Source: Synechococcus sp. | GTDB lineage: Bacteria; Cyanobacteriota; Cyanobacteriia; PCC-6307; Cyanobiaceae | Direction of reading: 5' to 3' | DNA: 64,000 nucleotides | Assembly: GCA_047284725.1 (NCBI GenBank) | Contig: JBJBEO010000001.1 | Location: 2,328,203-2,392,202 of the forward strand | Position numbers and translations under genes: made by a program | Shown: positions 45,675 to 55,893 of the stretch, one piece after another | How the letters are laid out: the number at the start of each line of letters is the position of its first letter | Position numbering within the stretch: the first letter of the stretch is position 1 | Notes under the pieces: generated by a model | What the model was told of the DNA's origin: nothing | The model's input: only the letters and a program-made list of their open reading frames with translations | The model's database searches: none

Positions 45675-47489
45675 TCAACCCTCAAGGGAACGCCGCAGCA
45701 AACGCCACTGCCGCAAATGACTGCGCCTCTGGTGAGGCGAGAGCGAGGCATGAAGCAACAACTGCTGGTGATCGGCCATGGCCAGAAGCGGCTCAGCCCG
45801 ATCGGGATGCATGGCAGCAGCTCTCCGGCAAAGCTGGGGGAAGGTTTCACCTTGCTCCGGCTCCACACCAAGTCGCGCAAGCGAGCGCAGGGATCGTTGC
45901 AGTGGCTGCTCCAGCCATGGGCTGAAGGGGAGCAGCGCTGCAAACCGCAACGGCCATGCACCACGCAGCAGCCACCACCCGAGCCATACCGCCGGCACCG
46001 CAATGGCCAGCGCCATCAATCCCCACCAGCGCTGCTGCTCACCAAACAAGGAACGCAACCATGCTTGCTGGCTGGACTGATCAAAACTGAGCCACCAACG
46101 GGTCCAGGCCAGATCGAGGCCCCACCACTGCCATTGCAGCCACTGCCACCAGCGAACTGACTGCGAACCCGTCCCAGCCACCACCGATCCTGCTGCGGTC
46201 GTGACCTCGGAGCGCGTGCCACCGCTGTCGCTGTTGATCCAGGTGGTGGGATCGACGCGCTGCCAGCCCGCCCCGTCCAGCCAAACCTCGACCCAGGCGT
46301 GGGCATCGCTCTGTCGCAAATCGAGGTATGCGCTACCGCTGAGGGGATCCACCCGCCGGCCGCCTTGGTAACCACTCACCACGCGCGATGGCACATCCGC
46401 AGCGCGCATCAATGCCGCCAACGCGCCGGCGTAATGCCCACAAAAGCCCAGCTGACGATCGAACAAAAAGGCATCGAGATCATTGATGCCACCGGGTTGA
46501 AGGCTGTAGCGAAAAGGCTGGCTGCGGAACCAGGTCTCCGCTGCGCGCAAACGCGCATCGCTTGTCGGAAGCTCACGCCACGGTGCCGCCAGACGGCGCA
46601 GACGTGAGAGTCCCCGGCGCGGCAACTGCAGATCGTTTGGCAAGGGCGAGCGCTGCTGCCAAGTCTGTTGCCCCCCCCCGGCCTGGAGCCGATAGGAACG
46701 TCGCTGGCGGGACGAGCCCCCCACCAACAACTCCCCTTCAGGCGTGATCCACTGATCTGCGGCCGTCGGCAGGGCCGCACCATCCCAGGGCACCGACCGA
46801 ATCGCGGACGGTTCCACCGACCACCATTGGTTCGGGGCCACGTCAGACACCAACGACGGGGCAGGCCGCAAAGACGTCGTCGGCTCGCGGTGCTTCCAGC
46901 GACGACCATCAAACTGGTCATGCACCAGCACCCGCCAATAACCCTCTCGAGGCAGATCGCCCTCAGCGACCATCACGCGGGCCGCTGAGCCGTTCACTTG
47001 CGCCAAAGCCACGATGCCGAGCGGATCCAGATCTGGTGAAAGGCCGGTCACCGCACCGCGGCTTGGGCCCAGATCCACCGTCCACAAAGGAGGAATCCGT
47101 GGCACAAACAGAAACAACACCAAGGCCAGGGGCAGGGCCGCCAGCAGCAGTTGCAGGCTGCGGCCAAGAAGACCTCGGAGCGACACCAGACCACCCAGCT
47201 CATGGGCGAGCAAGCCCCCCAAGGCCAGAAGCACCGACACCGCCTGCAGCACCGTGGCCAACAAACCCTGGAGCTGGGCCGCGAGCAATCCAGCCGACAG
47301 CACCTGCAGCAAAACCACCAAACGACGATCAAAGGGTCGGCGGCACTCGCGCAATTTGAACAGGACACAGCCCACCAATGCCCATGTGGGCCAGGTGAGC
47401 GCCGCAGAGCCGTTCAGAGCCAGACACTGCAGCAACAGCGGCACCAATGCCCACCAGGCGAGCGACGATCCAGCCAACAGACGTTTCAT
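45675..47489 (-). CDS. Transglutaminase TgpA-like membrane protein (DUF3488 + transglutaminase core)
   Basis: N-terminal TM helices, YWR, GFCGHYA, RVVSGYQGG, AHAWVEVW, W.RVDPT. Confidence 0.9.
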   Translation of the reverse strand: MKRLLAGSSLAWWALVPLLLQCLALNGSAALTWPTWALVGCVLFKLRECRRPFDRRLVVLLQVLSAGLLAAQLQGLLATVLQAVSVLLALGGLLAHELGGLVSLRGLLGRSLQLLLAALPLALVLFLFVPRIPPLWTVDLGPSRGAVTGLSPDLDPLGIVALAQVNGSAARVMVAEGDLPREGYWRVLVHDQFDGRRWKHREPTTSLRPAPSLVSDVAPNQWWSVEPSAIRSVPWDGAALPTAADQWITPEGELLVGGSSRQRRSYRLQAGGGQQTWQQRSPLPNDLQLPRRGLSRLRRLAAPWRELPTSDARLRAAETWFRSQPFRYSLQPGGINDLDAFLFDRQLGFCGHYAGALAALMRAADVPSRVVSGYQGGRRVDPLSGSAYLDLRQSDAHAWVEVWLDGAGWQRVDPTTWINSDSGGTRSEVTTAAGSVVAGTGSQSVRWWQWLQWQWWGLDLAWTRWWLSFDQSSQQAWLRSLFGEQQRWWGLMALAIAVPAVWLGWWLLRGAWPLRFAALLPFSPWLEQPLQRSLRSLARLGVEPEQGETFPQLCRRAAAMHPDRAEPLLAMADHQQLLLHASLSPHQRRSHLRQWRLLRRSLEG

Positions 47490-48343
47490 GCGGTGGCCAG
47501 CGCCTCCAGACAGGCATCGCGGTGACGCACCCCCTTGGCTGCCGCCAGGTTGATGGACGCCAAGCGAAGCCCATAACACTCACCACGGTGATGCAGGCGC
47601 CAGATCCGATCGGCCAGATGCTCCAAGGCCTGCTCCGTGGGAACCCCAGGGGCGGGTTCGAGCATCGTTTCAGGCTCAACCGGGTCTGAAAACAGCTTGG
47701 CCTGCAACGGTTGACCTTTGGCGGCACCACGCCAATCGATCATGGCCAGGCGCTCTCCCTCCCGCATGGGGCGCAGGTCATGCCATTCCTCCAACCCGTC
47801 ACGCGCCGCCGCTGGCTTCGATTCACCCACCGGTCCCGATCGACGGCGAGGCCAGATCAACTGAGGCGCCTCCGGAAGCCATCGACTCCAACAGATGAAC
47901 AGCCCCAGAGGTGCGATCGTTTCAATCTGAAGTTGTGGAGGCTGTTGCCATCCCCGCTGAGAGGGTGACCAGGGCAGCACGACCCTGGTCACACCAACAG
48001 GGATCCGATCACAGACCACCATCGGCTCACCCCGCAGCCGACATTGAAGGCGGGGGCGCCGCTGCTGACTCTCAAGCAACACCGGATACATCGCCGTTTC
48101 ACCGGCGAACGCCGGTCCTGGCTGGCCGCACCGCAGTTGCAACCCCTGAAGGCTGTCGTGGGTGAGATGCATCGCCAGAAACATCACCGCCAGCAAGACA
48201 AATCCAAGGAGCAGAGTGCTGTTACTGCCGGTCTGGATCGCCACCAGCAGCAATAGACCCGATGCCGCCAGCCACAACGCACCAAACCGACTGGGGATGA
48301 TGTAAAGACTGCGCAGCCCCAGCGTGAACTCAGCGGAGGGCAT
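47486..48343 (-). CDS. DUF58 domain protein
   Basis: YIIPSRFG, PLGLF, LRP.REGE...IDW..AK. Lies between the MoxR and transglutaminase genes. Confidence 0.87.
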   Translation of the reverse strand: MPSAEFTLGLRSLYIIPSRFGALWLAASGLLLLVAIQTGSNSTLLLGFVLLAVMFLAMHLTHDSLQGLQLRCGQPGPAFAGETAMYPVLLESQQRRPRLQCRLRGEPMVVCDRIPVGVTRVVLPWSPSQRGWQQPPQLQIETIAPLGLFICWSRWLPEAPQLIWPRRRSGPVGESKPAAARDGLEEWHDLRPMREGERLAMIDWRGAAKGQPLQAKLFSDPVEPETMLEPAPGVPTEQALEHLADRIWRLHHRGECYGLRLASINLAAAKGVRHRDACLEALATA

Positions 48344-49232
48344 TGACAGAGCGCAGGAGAGCGGTGCTCAGCGGAGTGCCTGATCCGGACACACAACCAG
48401 CATCAAGGCGATGCTCCGCCACCGCAGGGAAGACAGCCTGAACATCGTCGATCACAACATGATCACGCCCGGCCAGCAACGCCCACGCCTGCGCAGCGGC
48501 GAGCAGACCCTGACTGGCCCGGGGAGACAGACCACCCGGCCTCTGACGACTGGCATGCACAACATCCAGGACGTAATCGATCAACGCGGGTGAGCAATGC
48601 AGCGTGCGGCAGTGCGCCTGCAACTTCTGCAGCGCAGCACGATCAAGAGACGAAACCACCCCAGCCACCTGGTTGGAACCACCACGCAAGAGCTGCCGCT
48701 CTGTGGTGCGATCAGGGAATCCGAGGCGCAGACGCATGAGGAAACGATCCAACTGCGCCTCAGGCAGTGCACTCGTGCCGACCTGATCGAGGCTGTTCTG
48801 GGTGGCAATCACAAAGAAAGGCCTGGGCAGATCATGGCTTGTGCCGTCCACACTCACGCGACTCGCCGCCATCGCCTCGAGAAGAGCGCTCTGGGTCCGC
48901 GGACTGGCCCGGTTGATCTCATCGGCCAGCAAGACCTGGGTGAACAAGGGTCCGGGCTGAAAGCGAAAAGAGGCCTCCCCGGCATTGAAGACGTTGATTC
49001 CGGTGAGATCCGCAGGCAGCAGATCACTGGTAAAGCTGACACGTTTGAACTGAAGTCCGAAGGCACGCGCCAGCGCCTCCGCAAGGGTGGATTTCCCCGT
49101 ACCGGGGCGATCTTCCAGGAGCAGGTGGCCGCCGGCCAGCAAGCAACTGAACGCCAGCCGCACCTGCTGCTCCTTACCAAGGAGCACGCAGTCCACGCTA
49201 TCAATCAAAGGCAGCAGATCTTTTGAAGTCAA
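48330..49232 (-). CDS. MoxR-family AAA+ ATPase
   Basis: HLLLEDRPGTGKS, FTSDLLPAD, LLADEINRA, ATQN, LPEAQLDRF, SPRA. Confidence 0.93.
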   Translation of the reverse strand: MTSKDLLPLIDSVDCVLLGKEQQVRLAFSCLLAGGHLLLEDRPGTGKSTLAEALARAFGLQFKRVSFTSDLLPADLTGINVFNAGEASFRFQPGPLFTQVLLADEINRASPRTQSALLEAMAASRVSVDGTSHDLPRPFFVIATQNSLDQVGTSALPEAQLDRFLMRLRLGFPDRTTERQLLRGGSNQVAGVVSSLDRAALQKLQAHCRTLHCSPALIDYVLDVVHASRQRPGGLSPRASQGLLAAAQAWALLAGRDHVVIDDVQAVFPAVAEHRLDAGCVSGSGTPLSTALLRSVNALR

Positions 49233-49377
49233 AGCGTCAGTCGATCAGTCCATGACGGAGAAATAGATGAACAGTATGGCGAAATAAACAACACAATGAG
49301 CCGGTGAGCCGGCGAAAAGGCGTTCAGAACGAGCAATGCACCACACGACCGATCGCCAATCAAATACTGTATTGAGC

Positions 49378-50808
49378 CTACCTGATCCCACTGTCATCAA
49401 TGGAAACTCGATTTCTACCAAGCTTCTTGGAGCGATAGAGCTCATGATCAGCAGACTGAATCGCAGAATCCATTGACATCGAACGAGTATTGGGGGCGTA
49501 ATAACCTCCGCCACTGATTGTGATCAGGCCAGACGCGACATAGCGATGGTCGATCGAAAGAGACTCAACAGAAACACGTATTTGCTCGCAGAGATCCACA
49601 AACTTTTCAGCAGAGAGGTCATACATCACGAGCACGAATTCCTCTCCGCCATAGCGGTAGACATCATCCAAAGGCCGCCGTAATTGCCGGGAAAAGGCCT
49701 TCGCCAAATCACGCAGGACGTGATCTCCTTTTGCATGACCGTAACCATCATTGTACTGCTTAAAGTGATCAACATCAATGACCAAAACTCCAACTGGACA
49801 CTTTGCCCGTGCTGCCTGCTGCCAGGTTTTTGTGCCATACAGCTTGAGAGCCCGACGATTCCCGATCTGGCAAAGGGGATCCGTCATCGAAAGATCATTA
49901 AGCATTTCACAAGCAGCAATCAAACGGTCGAGAAGGGAGACCATCGCTTTTCTCAGCGACTGGATTTCAGTAGACCCACGAGTCGACTGATCAAGCCTTT
50001 TGACAGCATTTTGAAGTGCGGCAACACTTTCGGTGGTGCCGGATTCGACATCAAAAGCGGGCACACTGGTGGCAATAATGGAGATCGATTCGAGTGGCCT
50101 CACAATTGTTCTCCGATACACAAGAGAAGAGGAGGCCATCGCCACCAAAGAAGCGAGAATCAGAGCCAGAATCAGAATCTGCTCATAAAAAACCTCAGCC
50201 TGATCCAATTCTTTCTCAACATCAATGGACAGCTGATTGAGACTTAAATGGGAAGACAGAAGATTTTGTTGCACACTACGCAAGTCTGCCAATGGGTATT
50301 GCTGAAGCAAGGCAAGGCCGTCAGCACGAGTCAGTTCACGATTGGTTCGTAGCAGTGCAGACACAACCCGTTCTGCACGCAAGATGCGCAGATGGGCCGA
50401 ATCAAATTCCTTGGTGACTGGCAGCGGCAGACGATCGTCTAGTCGCCTGGCAGAGCTGAAGTAAAATTCAGTTGAAAGAAGCTGGAGCTGTTTATTCAAA
50501 TCAGCGATCATCTCTCGAGCCGGGATCTTGACATCCCCAGAAGCAAGAAGAAATTCCTCCTTTGAACGAGAAATTTCTGCCAATTTTGTCGTCAGATGAG
50601 CAATATGATCTTCTTGTTCAAGAACGCCACCGAGCTGCTGCCTCAAGCCCTGAGTCGCAAACCACGAGACCCCTTCAATCAATGCCAGTGAAGAAACAAT
50701 GATAATGATCGTAATGAGCTGAATGTAAACAACAAGACGCCCCGCATTATTGGACGAATCTCGAAACTGTCGCCAACGATGCCTGAGGCTGAGAGGCAAT
50801 GCGCTCAT
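49378..50808 (-). CDS. Membrane diguanylate cyclase (2 TM, periplasmic domain, HAMP-like linker, GGDEF)
   Basis: DPL..IGNRR, DVDHFKQYNDGYGH..GD, I-site RPLD, RYGGEEF, KKLGRNRV. Confidence 0.92.
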   Translation of the reverse strand: MSALPLSLRHRWRQFRDSSNNAGRLVVYIQLITIIIIVSSLALIEGVSWFATQGLRQQLGGVLEQEDHIAHLTTKLAEISRSKEEFLLASGDVKIPAREMIADLNKQLQLLSTEFYFSSARRLDDRLPLPVTKEFDSAHLRILRAERVVSALLRTNRELTRADGLALLQQYPLADLRSVQQNLLSSHLSLNQLSIDVEKELDQAEVFYEQILILALILASLVAMASSSLVYRRTIVRPLESISIIATSVPAFDVESGTTESVAALQNAVKRLDQSTRGSTEIQSLRKAMVSLLDRLIAACEMLNDLSMTDPLCQIGNRRALKLYGTKTWQQAARAKCPVGVLVIDVDHFKQYNDGYGHAKGDHVLRDLAKAFSRQLRRPLDDVYRYGGEEFVLVMYDLSAEKFVDLCEQIRVSVESLSIDHRYVASGLITISGGGYYAPNTRSMSMDSAIQSADHELYRSKKLGRNRVSIDDSGIR

Positions 50809-51764
50809 GGCAAAAAGTCAGCAGAAATCTGCGGGGACGGCGCCTTGTCTCGATGCAAATTCAAGCCCCTCATCAATTGCGATACGGAATCAACATTCTC
50901 AGAAAGTTCACCTCGAGGCGCCAGCATCTTGCGCTGATGATCCACCTGCAAAGCAAAGAACATCCCAGACAATGCGTCTTTAAATTCGTCGGGTGTCAAA
51001 CCTTGGCTTGAAGCCATGATAGGAATAGCAGAAGAAGCAGCATTGGATGCATACGCATGCGCCTTGAACCAGCCAGCCACAATCAAAGAAATATCCTTCT
51101 TACGCGACGCATAAACGGATGGAGACACGGCCAGAACATCCAGAATCTGGCCAGGAATTTTTGAGCTGTCGAAGATTGTTCTGCCGCCGTAGGCCCGTAT
51201 TTGCTCACTATTCGGGGGATACAAGACGGCAGCATCAACAACGTCGCTGAAAATCGCCTCTGGCATCTCAGAAACCAGCATCGGCACAATGCTGAGATCG
51301 TCGATTGTCAAGTCGCTTGTCTCCAAGGCCTTATGCAAGACATAGGGTCCAAATGAGTTTGGCGCAACAGCAACCTTTGCACCAGCAAGTTCATCAATCC
51401 CACCCAACTTCAGGGACATAATCTGATCCCCCCCAAGCGATTCATTCAAGACCAAGACAATGACAGGGCACTGAGCAGGCCGCTTCGAGCAAATATCAAG
51501 AACATCAACAGTTGTGAGCTGAACAACATCAAGCTCCCCTCGCAGATAAGCTCTTACCACCTCAGACTGATCAGTGAGCGAGACAATTTCGGCATTAGAA
51601 ATGAAACCCTTCGCTACTGCCAGGTTGATAAATTCGTAACCAGGCCACTCCGAAAGCGAAATTTTTAATCGCCCGGATGGCCAAGGATTACAGGCCACGA
51701 GCGGCAGACACAGTGCCAACAACGTCCAAATTGTTGGGGAGAAGCGCTTGATTCGAAACAACAT
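50805..51764 (-). CDS. NMT1/SsuA-type solute-binding lipoprotein
   Basis: Lipobox LVAC, WPGYE..NLA..KG, SLGGD, LAGAKVAV, FDSSKIPGQILDVL. Stop overlaps the ATG of the cyclase. Confidence 0.85.
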   Translation of the reverse strand: MLFRIKRFSPTIWTLLALCLPLVACNPWPSGRLKISLSEWPGYEFINLAVAKGFISNAEIVSLTDQSEVVRAYLRGELDVVQLTTVDVLDICSKRPAQCPVIVLVLNESLGGDQIMSLKLGGIDELAGAKVAVAPNSFGPYVLHKALETSDLTIDDLSIVPMLVSEMPEAIFSDVVDAAVLYPPNSEQIRAYGGRTIFDSSKIPGQILDVLAVSPSVYASRKKDISLIVAGWFKAHAYASNAASSAIPIMASSQGLTPDEFKDALSGMFFALQVDHQRKMLAPRGELSENVDSVSQLMRGLNLHRDKAPSPQISADFLP

Positions 51765-52048
51765 GTCGCACGCAATCTCACTTCTCACGCTAGAGACTCC
51801 TTGATCAGCAGTCGACACTCTCAGGAAATTTCAAGATCAAACATCCCGTGGTGAGAATTCACTGAGGCTGTCGACGCCACAAGCAAGCCTGGCGAAGTCT
51901 CACGTCGCACACCGTTGAAGCCCATGGTCTTCGAGCCGAGCCACCTCCCCTCTGATCAGGGAGATGCGCCGATCATGATCAGCATCAGCGGCGCTGGAGA
52001 GACGGCGCTCTGTCTGCAAATCTGATCAGGTCTCTTCAGGCCATCGTG

Positions 52049-53317
52049 ATGTCCTGGCACCCCCATCTCTGGCACCCCACCACCCAGGTGGCACTGCACC
52101 CGGAACCCCTTCATGTGGCCAGTGCCAAAGGCGCGTCCCTGCATCTGAAGGATGGGCGGGTGCTGATCGATGCGATCAGCAGCTGGTGGGTGACTCTGCA
52201 CGGCCACGCCGAAGCCAGCATCGCCGAAGCGATCGGGCGCCAGGCCCTCACCCTGGAGCAGGTGATCTTCGCCAACTTCAACCACACGCCCGCTGAGCAA
52301 CTCGCCGACCGACTGGCGGAACGCACCAAGCTCGAACGACTCTTCTTTTCCGATAACGGGTCCACGGCGGTGGAAGTGGCCCTGAAAATCGCCTGGCAGT
52401 GGTGGCGTAATCAGGGCAGTGATCGGCGGCGTCTGATCGCATTCGAAGGTGCTTATCACGGCGACACATTCGGTGCGATGGCCCTTGGTGATCGATCAAT
52501 CTTCACCGCGCCCTATGACGAACTCCTGTTCGATGTGGCCCGCGTGAGCTGGCCCCACACGCACTGGGGCGATCCAAACGTGGAGGAGAAGGAAACCAAA
52601 GCACTGCGTGAGCTTGACGCAGCACTGGCCACGCCAACAGCGGCGGTGATCCTTGAACCCCTGATCCAGGGAGCATCGGGGATGCGCATGGTGCGGCCCG
52701 ACTTTCTGCGAGCCGTGCAGGAGCGCGTTCACGCCAACGGAGGCCTGCTGATCGCTGACGAAGTGATGACGGGATTCGGTCGCACAGGCTCACTGTTCGC
52801 CTGTCAGCAGGCCGGCCTGCAACCCGATCTGATGGCGCTATCCAAAGGGCTGACGGGTGGCTTCCTGCCCATGGGGGTCACGATGGCAAGCGAGCGGCTC
52901 TACCAAGGCTTCATCAGCGAAGAACCTGTCAAAACGTTCTTCCATGGCCATAGTTTCACCGCCAATCCCCTTGGCTGCACTGCAGCGCTGGCGAGTCTCA
53001 CGTTGCTGGAACGGAACCCCACACGCTTCACCGAATTCGAAGCACGCCACACCAAACATCTCGAGCCCATTGCAGACCTGCAGACAGTGAAAGAGGTTCG
53101 CTGTCTGGGCACCATGGCCGCCTTTGAAATAGACAACGGCAGCACGAATTACCTCAACCCAATTGGCCGAGACTTACAGAAACGATGCCTGGAGCAAGGG
53201 GTCTACATCCGTCCTCTCGGCAATGTGGTGTATCTGCTGCCACCGCTCTGCATCAGCGACCAGGAATTGCAGGCCTGTTACGAGGCAATCCACAAGAGCA
53301 TTGAAAGCCTCACATGA
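52049..53317 (+). CDS. bioA: Adenosylmethionine--8-amino-7-oxononanoate aminotransferase
   Basis: LWHPTTQ, DAISSWWVTLHGH, DNGSTAVEVALK, YHGDT, DEVMTGFGRTG, SKGLTGG, RPLGNVVY. Confidence 0.93.
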   Translation: MSWHPHLWHPTTQVALHPEPLHVASAKGASLHLKDGRVLIDAISSWWVTLHGHAEASIAEAIGRQALTLEQVIFANFNHTPAEQLADRLAERTKLERLFFSDNGSTAVEVALKIAWQWWRNQGSDRRRLIAFEGAYHGDTFGAMALGDRSIFTAPYDELLFDVARVSWPHTHWGDPNVEEKETKALRELDAALATPTAAVILEPLIQGASGMRMVRPDFLRAVQERVHANGGLLIADEVMTGFGRTGSLFACQQAGLQPDLMALSKGLTGGFLPMGVTMASERLYQGFISEEPVKTFFHGHSFTANPLGCTAALASLTLLERNPTRFTEFEARHTKHLEPIADLQTVKEVRCLGTMAAFEIDNGSTNYLNPIGRDLQKRCLEQGVYIRPLGNVVYLLPPLCISDQELQACYEAIHKSIESLT

Positions 53318-53499
53318 GGCATGAACCTCAGACAAGGCAATGACTGAGCCCAAGACCGAACCATTCAGACCAGGACAAAAAAAGGAGCACATCAAGCATC
53401 GCCTAGAAACAAACCCTTATCCGATTTTACAAAAGCCATAAATATTCTTTAAGACCAAGAAAGCCCAGCGGGTCCATCAATAAAATTGATTAAGTAGAC

Positions 53500-55893
53500 G
53501 TGCCCACAGCGAACAATAATCCGATGGGCTCATCAGATGTCAAAAGATACATAACAACTGCACGTCAGAACGTCCTGATATGGCTCAGCAGCAGGCGAAC
53601 AGCCGCAACCTTTGCCTCCTCTGCAGCAATTATCAGTGTCTTCACAATAGCGATTGGCAATTATTTCAGCCATCTCACCAATCAACGAATCATCTCGCAG
53701 CAGACCTCAAAGTTGCTCGTTAATCAAGGACTTCTTGTTGCCGAAGTCGAGAATGCCCACGGAGACCTGAAATTTGTCAACAGCACACTGTTTAAGGATA
53801 AGCACCCGAACACAATCACCCCATTCGAGATTTATCAACAACATGAAGACTATCTTAAAAACTTCATTGATTCACAAAGAAGCTATTTAAGCCTTGCCTG
53901 GCGAGAAAGCCCGATCAGTCGCACTGGACAACTGCTGCGCAGGGAAGAAACCAACACCCAAACAGGACAAAACAGTCGTGATCAAGACCAGTCACGCCTC
54001 ACCATCTTTCAACCGGTCCATGCAGACGCAAGCCATCAGCAAGCGACAGGGCTGGAATTATCCCTTTCCATTGCAAAAATTTTGAATCCTCCCAGCAGCG
54101 AATTGCCTTACAAAAAACCACGCTGCTTTCTGATCCTGGATAACAATGGACTGACACGTTATGACTCACTCACAATTCATGATGGACACGATCAGAATCA
54201 TCCCACGCTCAGCACTTCAAACCAAGAAACCAAGCAAGTTGCGGAGCTGATCAATCAAACACCCGAAGGGTCATTCAAAAACCATTCAGGCTCATGGCAG
54301 TGGAAAACCATTCAGCTCAATGCAGGCATTGATGGCATCAATACCGCCGACAATCGCTGGAAACTGGTGAGCCATGTACCTCCGATTATTTTCCAAAATG
54401 CAACCAGGGGGCATTTACTGCCACTGGGGATTGGATCACTGATCATTTTTGGTCTGATTATTACACCGCTGAGCTTCTTCTCCAGTTTCATCAACAGCAA
54501 ACGCAAAAAACTTCTTGCAGAGCATGCTTGGCAAGCGTCACATGACAGCCTCACAGGCTGCATCAATCGTGGCTCAGGTCTGGACATTCTGGAAAGACAG
54601 CTCAACGAGTCAGAAGACCTCGAACAAATCAACGCACTCCTTTTCATTGATCTTGACCACCTCAGTCAAATCAACAACTCTTATGGGCACGCGATCGGCG
54701 ATAAGGCACTGACGAAAGTCAGCAAATGCATGCGGAAAAGTCTCCGCAACAACGACACGCTGATCCGCATGGGCGGAGATGAATTTATCGTTAGTCTCAA
54801 TAACATTGGCTCGACCAGCAATGCACAGAATGTTGCCGAAAAAATCCTGAATGCCTGCAACACCACGATTCCTCTCGACAAAACCGTTGTCCCTGTCAGC
54901 ATCAGCATTGGAATTGCCGTCACCGATCCAAAAAGCAAGATCAGCCATCAGAAAATTATCGAAACCGCGGATCTTGCCATGCTGAATGCCAAGCAAAAGG
55001 GGCGAAATCAGGTCACACTGATTGACCTGAAAACACAGCAAGCCAACACAAAAACGAGTTTGGCTCATCAGCAAGACACCAAAAAATCTCGGCAAAATTC
55101 ATTGAGCAAGGAACTAGAACATGCCCTCAAGAACAATGCTTTCCGTCTCTGCTATCAACCCATATTCACCAAAGACAAAGCCCTGTATGGTGCAGAAGCA
55201 CTCTTGCGGCTCACAACCTCTGACAATCAATCTATTTCGCCAAATATCTTTATCCCCATTGCAGAGCAGAATGGATTGATGCCTGCAATCGGGAGCTGGG
55301 TCGTCAAAACAGCCTTTGAACAAGTCAGACAATGGAATCAAGAGGGCTGCAAAATACCCATCATTTCAATCAATTTATCCACAACTCAACTTGACAATGA
55401 AACCGTCGGCGAAAACGGGAAAATCACACAGATTGTGTCATCCTGCCTAGCGGACAAGAAGCTATCTCCAGAAAATTTCAAATTCGAAATCACTGAAACA
55501 ACAACACTCAGTACTCAAAGTGATGCCCTTGATGAGCTTCGCAGCCTGTCCAGCATGGGCTTCAAAATCTCAATCGATGACTTCGGAGCGGGCTTTGCCT
55601 CATTGGAGCGCCTCCGGGGTTTTCCCGCGGATCAGATCAAGCTCGACAAGGAATTCACCAAGAATGTTGTCATAAGCGACATCGACAGCAGTCTCGTCAA
55701 AGCCGTGACCCATCTGGCCAAAGATTTGAACATGGAGCTGGTGGCAGAAGGTGTCGAAAGCCTGGAGCAATTTCATCACCTACGCGATCTAGGCTGCGAT
55801 TTATTTCAAGGATACCTATTCGAAAAGCCAATCTCAGCCACTCAATTTGCCGACAAGTATTTACGCAACACGCAACAAAATACCAACTCCTGA
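53500..55893 (+). CDS. Membrane GGDEF-EAL protein (c-di-GMP cyclase/phosphodiesterase)
   Basis: Two TM helices around a periplasmic region, RNND I-site, RMGGDEF, YQP, EALLR, DDFGAG, EGVE, QGY. Confidence 0.93.
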   Translation: MPTANNNPMGSSDVKRYITTARQNVLIWLSSRRTAATFASSAAIISVFTIAIGNYFSHLTNQRIISQQTSKLLVNQGLLVAEVENAHGDLKFVNSTLFKDKHPNTITPFEIYQQHEDYLKNFIDSQRSYLSLAWRESPISRTGQLLRREETNTQTGQNSRDQDQSRLTIFQPVHADASHQQATGLELSLSIAKILNPPSSELPYKKPRCFLILDNNGLTRYDSLTIHDGHDQNHPTLSTSNQETKQVAELINQTPEGSFKNHSGSWQWKTIQLNAGIDGINTADNRWKLVSHVPPIIFQNATRGHLLPLGIGSLIIFGLIITPLSFFSSFINSKRKKLLAEHAWQASHDSLTGCINRGSGLDILERQLNESEDLEQINALLFIDLDHLSQINNSYGHAIGDKALTKVSKCMRKSLRNNDTLIRMGGDEFIVSLNNIGSTSNAQNVAEKILNACNTTIPLDKTVVPVSISIGIAVTDPKSKISHQKIIETADLAMLNAKQKGRNQVTLIDLKTQQANTKTSLAHQQDTKKSRQNSLSKELEHALKNNAFRLCYQPIFTKDKALYGAEALLRLTTSDNQSISPNIFIPIAEQNGLMPAIGSWVVKTAFEQVRQWNQEGCKIPIISINLSTTQLDNETVGENGKITQIVSSCLADKKLSPENFKFEITETTTLSTQSDALDELRSLSSMGFKISIDDFGAGFASLERLRGFPADQIKLDKEFTKNVVISDIDSSLVKAVTHLAKDLNMELVAEGVESLEQFHHLRDLGCDLFQGYLFEKPISATQFADKYLRNTQQNTNS

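Noticed and set aside
45675..49232. Transglutaminase next to GGDEF genes as a LapG/LapD-like system
   Set aside because: It is the common MoxR-DUF58-TgpA trio with host-like composition, not a periplasmic LapG. The GGDEF/EAL motifs are intact, unlike LapD, and no adhesin is present.
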